Shown piece after piece: positions 21,198-24,664 of a DNA stretch of 24,664 nt. The stretch lies in NCBI RefSeq assembly GCF_006345805.1, contig NW_021836345.1, forward strand, positions 1 to 24,664. Reading direction: 5' to 3'. The position numbers and the translations under genes were made by a program. Positions within the stretch are counted from its first letter, which is position 1. Every line of letters begins with the position of its first letter. The stretch is from Octopus sinensis. Lineage: Eukaryota. The notes beneath the pieces were generated by a model. It had not been told where the DNA came from and searched no databases. It saw nothing but the letters and a program-made list of their open reading frames with translations.

Positions 21198-21285
21198 GCA
21201 GGCGTGCCTGTGTAGTAAGAAACTTGCTTCCCTACCACATGGTTCCGGGTTCAGTCTCACTGCGTATCACCTTGGATCTACTCTG
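21198..21285 (+). mobile_element. SINE family A head fragment
   Basis: GCAGGCGTGCCTGTGTAGTAAG..ACCACATGGTTCCGGGTTCAGTCTCACTGCGT..CACCTTGG. Confidence 0.85.
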
Positions 21286-21369
21286 AATATGCTTTCTTAA
21301 GTAGGAGAAAGAAACTGAAAGAGAGTACTTCCCATGCTTTTATGATGTCAGAGCAGTCTGGGGCTTTTT

Positions 21370-21417
21370 GAGCAGGGTTTACCCCGAATTATCGAGCAGG
21401 GTTTACCCCGAATTATC
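21370..21417. repeat. Perfect 24-bp tandem duplication
   Basis: GAGCAGGGTTTACCCCGAATTATC x2. Confidence 0.95.
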
Positions 21418-21577
21418 CTAAGTGGACTTCCTTGCTATTGAGGTTTCTATTAATTAATAAATTAATTAATTTTTATATAATATTTATAAAGCCTTTAATG
21501 TTGTAGTGTCTACCTTTCATGGATACAAATTTCTACCTGTCTTCCGGGTTGTATCTCGTGCTTTGGTATTGTCCAAA

Positions 21578-21810
21578 AGCGGCGAGCTGGCAGAAACGTT
21601 AAGCGCGCCGGGCAAAATGCTTAGCGGTATTTCGTCTGCAGCTACGTTCTGAGTTCAAATTCCGCCGAGGTCGACTTTGCCTTTCATCCTTTCGGGGTCG
21701 ATTAAATAAGTGCCAGTTACGCACTGGGGTCGATATAATCGACTTAATCCGTTTGTCTGTCCTTGTTTGTCCTCTCTGTGTTTAGCCCCTTGTGGCCAAT
21801 AAACGAAATC
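21578..21810 (+). mobile_element. SINE family B, full length, alternative 3' tail
   Basis: GCGGCGAGCTGGCAGAAACGTTAAGC..GAGTTCAAATTCCGCCGAGGTCGACTTTGCC; tail TTAATCCGTTTGTCTGTCC..GGCCAATAAACGAAAT into (ATT)n. Confidence 0.9.
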
Positions 21811-21879
21811 ATTATTATTATCATTGTTATAATTTTTGTTATTATTGTTGTTGTTGTTGTTGTCGTCGTCGTTTACATT

Positions 21880-22115
21880 ATTGCTGTTTTGTTCTATACG
21901 GGCTATTTCAAATCTCACCCGGAGATTGCAAATAACAACAAGTTATGAGTATTAATTATTATTAGCAATGATATATTGTAAGGGGAGGAATCCTTGCAAT
22001 ATATAAATTTAAGAAAAATTCTTTTAAATTTGTAATATTTCAGTTTTAAGAGCGTTTTAAGAGAATCCGGTAGACAATGTTTTTCGTAGGATGGTGACAG
22101 TACCCAGAAGATCAT
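21880..22115 (-). pseudogene. RLE LINE C-terminus and 3' UTR relic
   Basis: Minus strand reads LLGTVTILRKTLS; 3' motif CTCCGGGTGAGATTTGA parallels CTCTGGGTGAGACTTGGA of the 24247-24664 copy. Confidence 0.65.
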
Positions 22116-22260
22116 CAATATTATAGTAGTAGTTGCTGTTGTTGTTGTTGTTCTCTTATATATATCTAACGTGCTCATTTTGTTGCTAGAGGTTTCCTTA
22201 ATGTACAAGCTGTTCACATCCCGTGATCTAAGATCTGCCAGTTTATTTTATTTTCTATAG

Positions 22261-22836
22261 CAGTACTCCGCAACTGGTATCCCCCGGCACACTGCTGTGC
22301 GACAATGAGACGATTCTAGGTGTGCCGCAGTGTAACCTGAATATAATATTTTTCCCTACACTTTTAATTATATTTTTAGTTCAGACTAGCAGTATCGCCC
22401 GGCGTTGCTCGGGTTTGTAAGGGAAATAACTATATAAGCATTTTTAGAGAGTTATAGCCAAAAAATAGCAAAAAAATGCATTAAAAATTATGGTAATTTT
22501 TTTTTAAATCGTGGACTCATCGTAGACATTTTTAGAGAGTTACTTCCCTTATATAATAGCGAAAAAATGCATTAAAATGGAAAATAATGATGGTAAATTT
22601 TTTAAAACATCGTAGACTCATCGTAGACGCGCGCTAATACCCAGAAGGGCTCGATATGAATCACGACTATAAGATACCCGGTTTTGGTTAAACTGCACCG
22701 CAAAATGTGGGAGTAGTTAGGAATCTAAATCGTAGGAGACAGACACACAACTTGACTTTTATATATAAAGATGTGCCGTCGAATTTTGAAAAGAATATAA
22801 GCGTATCGCAAGAGAAAAAAAGGTTGCGGAGCACTG
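22261..22836. mobile_element. hAT-family MITE (host of nested Helitron)
   Basis: TIRs CAGTACTCCGCAAC and GTTGCGGAGCACTG; perfect 8-bp TSD TTCTATAG at 22253-22260 and 22837-22844. Confidence 0.92.
22386..22771 (-). mobile_element. Non-autonomous Helitron-type element
   Basis: Minus strand starts A|TCTTTATATATAAAAG and ends CCCGAGCAACGCCGGG hairpin + CGATACTGCTAG|T; no TSD; internal ~90-100-bp tandem duplication (about 22439-22628). Confidence 0.85.
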
Positions 22837-22953
22837 TTCTATAGTAATATCTGATCTTCTTACTTCAATAATATAGTTGGTCATCTTCGGGAGGTCCCAT
22901 AAAACCCTGTAATTCCCATTCTCTGTCACAATCTCTAGTTCATGTTCAAACAC
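22837..22953 (-). pseudogene. RLE LINE endonuclease-region relic
   Basis: FEHELEIVTENGNYRVLWDLPKMTNYIIEVRRSDITIE matches the EHEP..V.EN..Y..LWD..I.TD..I..RRPDI pattern of R4/Dong-like ORFs. Confidence 0.75.
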
Positions 22954-23379
22954 TCAGCTAACGCCCTAGTGCATTCTTTCACCTATACAGTCATGCTTGT
23001 ACTTATACTCTTTTTAGCTTACCGCGTTCACTCAAGAAATGATTGATGCTTTCGTACCCTTACCTTCAAATTTTGCGTTTGCTGCCTGACTAAGTTTTGT
23101 CGATCTTTGCCTTTATCAGATTCGTTGAAACCTCTTCCCTATGAGCGGCAAACAATTCACGTTTCGGTCTATCAGCCAGAGCCAGCGTTGTTTACTTCTT
23201 TCTGACATTCTCGGATTGCTGCATAAATTGACCATGTAATCCCCACCCTCTTTTTCCATCTTCTCGATATGATGCTCTTTTTTCTCTTTTTGAATCCGCT
23301 AATTGTCTATAATGTTACTACCATCATCGTCGTTGCAGTCGTCGTCGTTAATGTAAATCCGTTGTGGTCAATAAAGAAA

Positions 23380-23400
23380 TCATCATCATCATCATCATCA

Positions 23401-23445
<45 letters not shown>

Positions 23446-23474
23446 TATTATATTATTCATTATTATTATTATTA

Positions 23475-23523
<49 letters not shown>

Positions 23524-23559
23524 GTTGTTTCTATTATTATTAATATTATTATTATTATT
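23380..23559. repeat. (TCA)n/(TTA)n microsatellite
   Basis: Direct reading. Confidence 0.95.
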
Positions 23560-24189
23560 GAGTGAGAGAGCAGTTCATGTCATCAAAGTGACACTGGGGT
23601 AAAATATACGAAGCCCAATATACCCATCATGACTACCCGTCTCATAAGGGTACACTAGGCACATGCATCACAACCATATGTGCGCGACATGGTGATATCA
23701 TATCAAGATAAATAGCACATGACCTTGCAGGTGGGGCCCAGTTAGAATTTTCTTCAGGTTGAGTAGCCCATCCCGCTCAAAAGGTCCCCGAATAAGGGTT
23801 GTTTAAGGATGTTGAAAGAACCACCCATGTTTCCAGAGGTGAATTATTCAAACCCCAAAGAATCCCTCTCAACACATGGCTATGATGCTCCCCCTCTACT
23901 TCTGCTCGTGATCAGAGATGCACATATCGTCAGCCACTAAGGGACATGTTCAACTGGTTAAAGTCAAACAACTCACAAGCAAATCTGTGGTATTGAGCAG
24001 AATATTTGCTGTAGCCCATCTTTAAACCAAGACAAAACAATGTACATGATAACACTTCCAATCAGTTAAGATCAAAAGCCATGAGAGCCACTGCCTGGTA
24101 CTGCATCAGGGCATTTATACTGCACAGGGCATTGGTACTAGCATCAGGCTGGTACTGGCATCAGGGCATTGGTACTGCATCAGGCATTT
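23560..24189 (-). mobile_element. ~560-bp non-coding interspersed element bounded by (TTA)n, with reiterated terminal 17-20-mer
   Basis: Sharp boundaries at (TTA)n on both sides; GGTACTGCATCAGGGCATT variants x5 at 24097-24189. Orientation is inferred and family unassigned. Confidence 0.6.
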
Positions 24190-24208
24190 ATTATTATTAT
24201 TATTATTA

Positions 24209-24246
<38 letters not shown>

Positions 24247-24247
<1 letters not shown>

Positions 24248-24664
24248 TATGTTTGACTTTTGCTTTATATTTGTACAAGTTGGCTCCAAGTCTCACCCAG
24301 AGACCTCAAGAGACAACAGGGTTGGAAGTTCATGTTGTTGTTATGCCTAGTGTGCCATATATTTGGGGGGTGGGATGTTGTACTAATGAATGTCTAAAAA
24401 AAAAAAGTTTTTTTTTTTTTTTTTTTTTTTAAACCGAAAATTATGGTTGTTTTAAAACCTTGAGGTTACATAGAGAGTATTTTGCGTAGGATATGAGCAG
24501 TTCCCATGAACACTATCTTTGAACTTCTGCCATTTTTGGTTTCCTGGTATCTGAGTTAAGTAGCTATCAGCCCCTTTTGCTATCATTCCCAGGGCACCTA
24601 TGACAACAGGTATTGTTTTAGTCTTCAGCTTCCACATTTTGTTGATTTCTATTTCAAGATCTTT
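24247..24664 (-). mobile_element. R4/Dong-like RLE LINE, 3' end with 3' UTR and (TAA)n tail
   Basis: KDLEIEINKMWKLKTKTIPVVIGALGMIAKGADSYLTQIPGN, then (1-nt frameshift) IVFMGTAHILRKILSM*; the 3' UTR runs to 24247 followed by (AAT)n at 24190-24246. Confidence 0.9.

Noticed and set aside
23560-24116. HDV-like ribozyme at the 5' end of the TAA-flanked element
   Set aside because: Expected by analogy with R2/R4 elements, but I could not assemble P1/P1.1/P2/P3 pairings by eye; it needs a descriptor search.
24097-24189. Short repeat array as a CRISPR-like locus
   Set aside because: No spacers, no cas genes, eukaryotic context; the units are contiguous.
24396-24430. A11-G-T23 run as the LINE poly(A) tail
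   Set aside because: LINE-like 3' UTR sequence continues beyond it to 24247 and the (TAA)n tail; it is likely an internal homopolymer expansion or sequencing error.

Overview
This is AT-rich eukaryotic non-genic (intergenic or intronic) DNA with no recognisable host gene, rRNA, true tRNA gene or CRISPR array. It is made almost entirely of microsatellites, tRNA-derived SINEs of at least three families (called A, B and C here), and decayed non-LTR retrotransposons with a restriction-like endonuclease (RLE; R4/Dong-like). It also holds Penelope-like relics, one internally deleted DD-D Tc1/mariner (maT-like) transposon, two hAT MITEs with perfect 8-bp TSDs, a non-autonomous Helitron and other MITEs. 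The repeat repertoire looks, from memory and unverified, like an octopus (coleoid cephalopod) genome. Most ORFs in the supplied track are microsatellite translations. I did not find a demonstrably new biological system. The best leads are: an R4/Dong-like LINE and a short non-coding element stacked in (TAA)n with a five-fold reiterated end; hammerhead-ribozyme-like relics in Penelope-like repeats; a three-level LINE>hAT>Helitron nest; a mariner-type MITE whose interior is a SINE fragment; a telomere-repeat-bearing MITE; and a possible TATA promoter with an ATG-only first exon. All family assignments come from manual motif reading, not database searches, and boundaries without a TSD or TIR are approximate.
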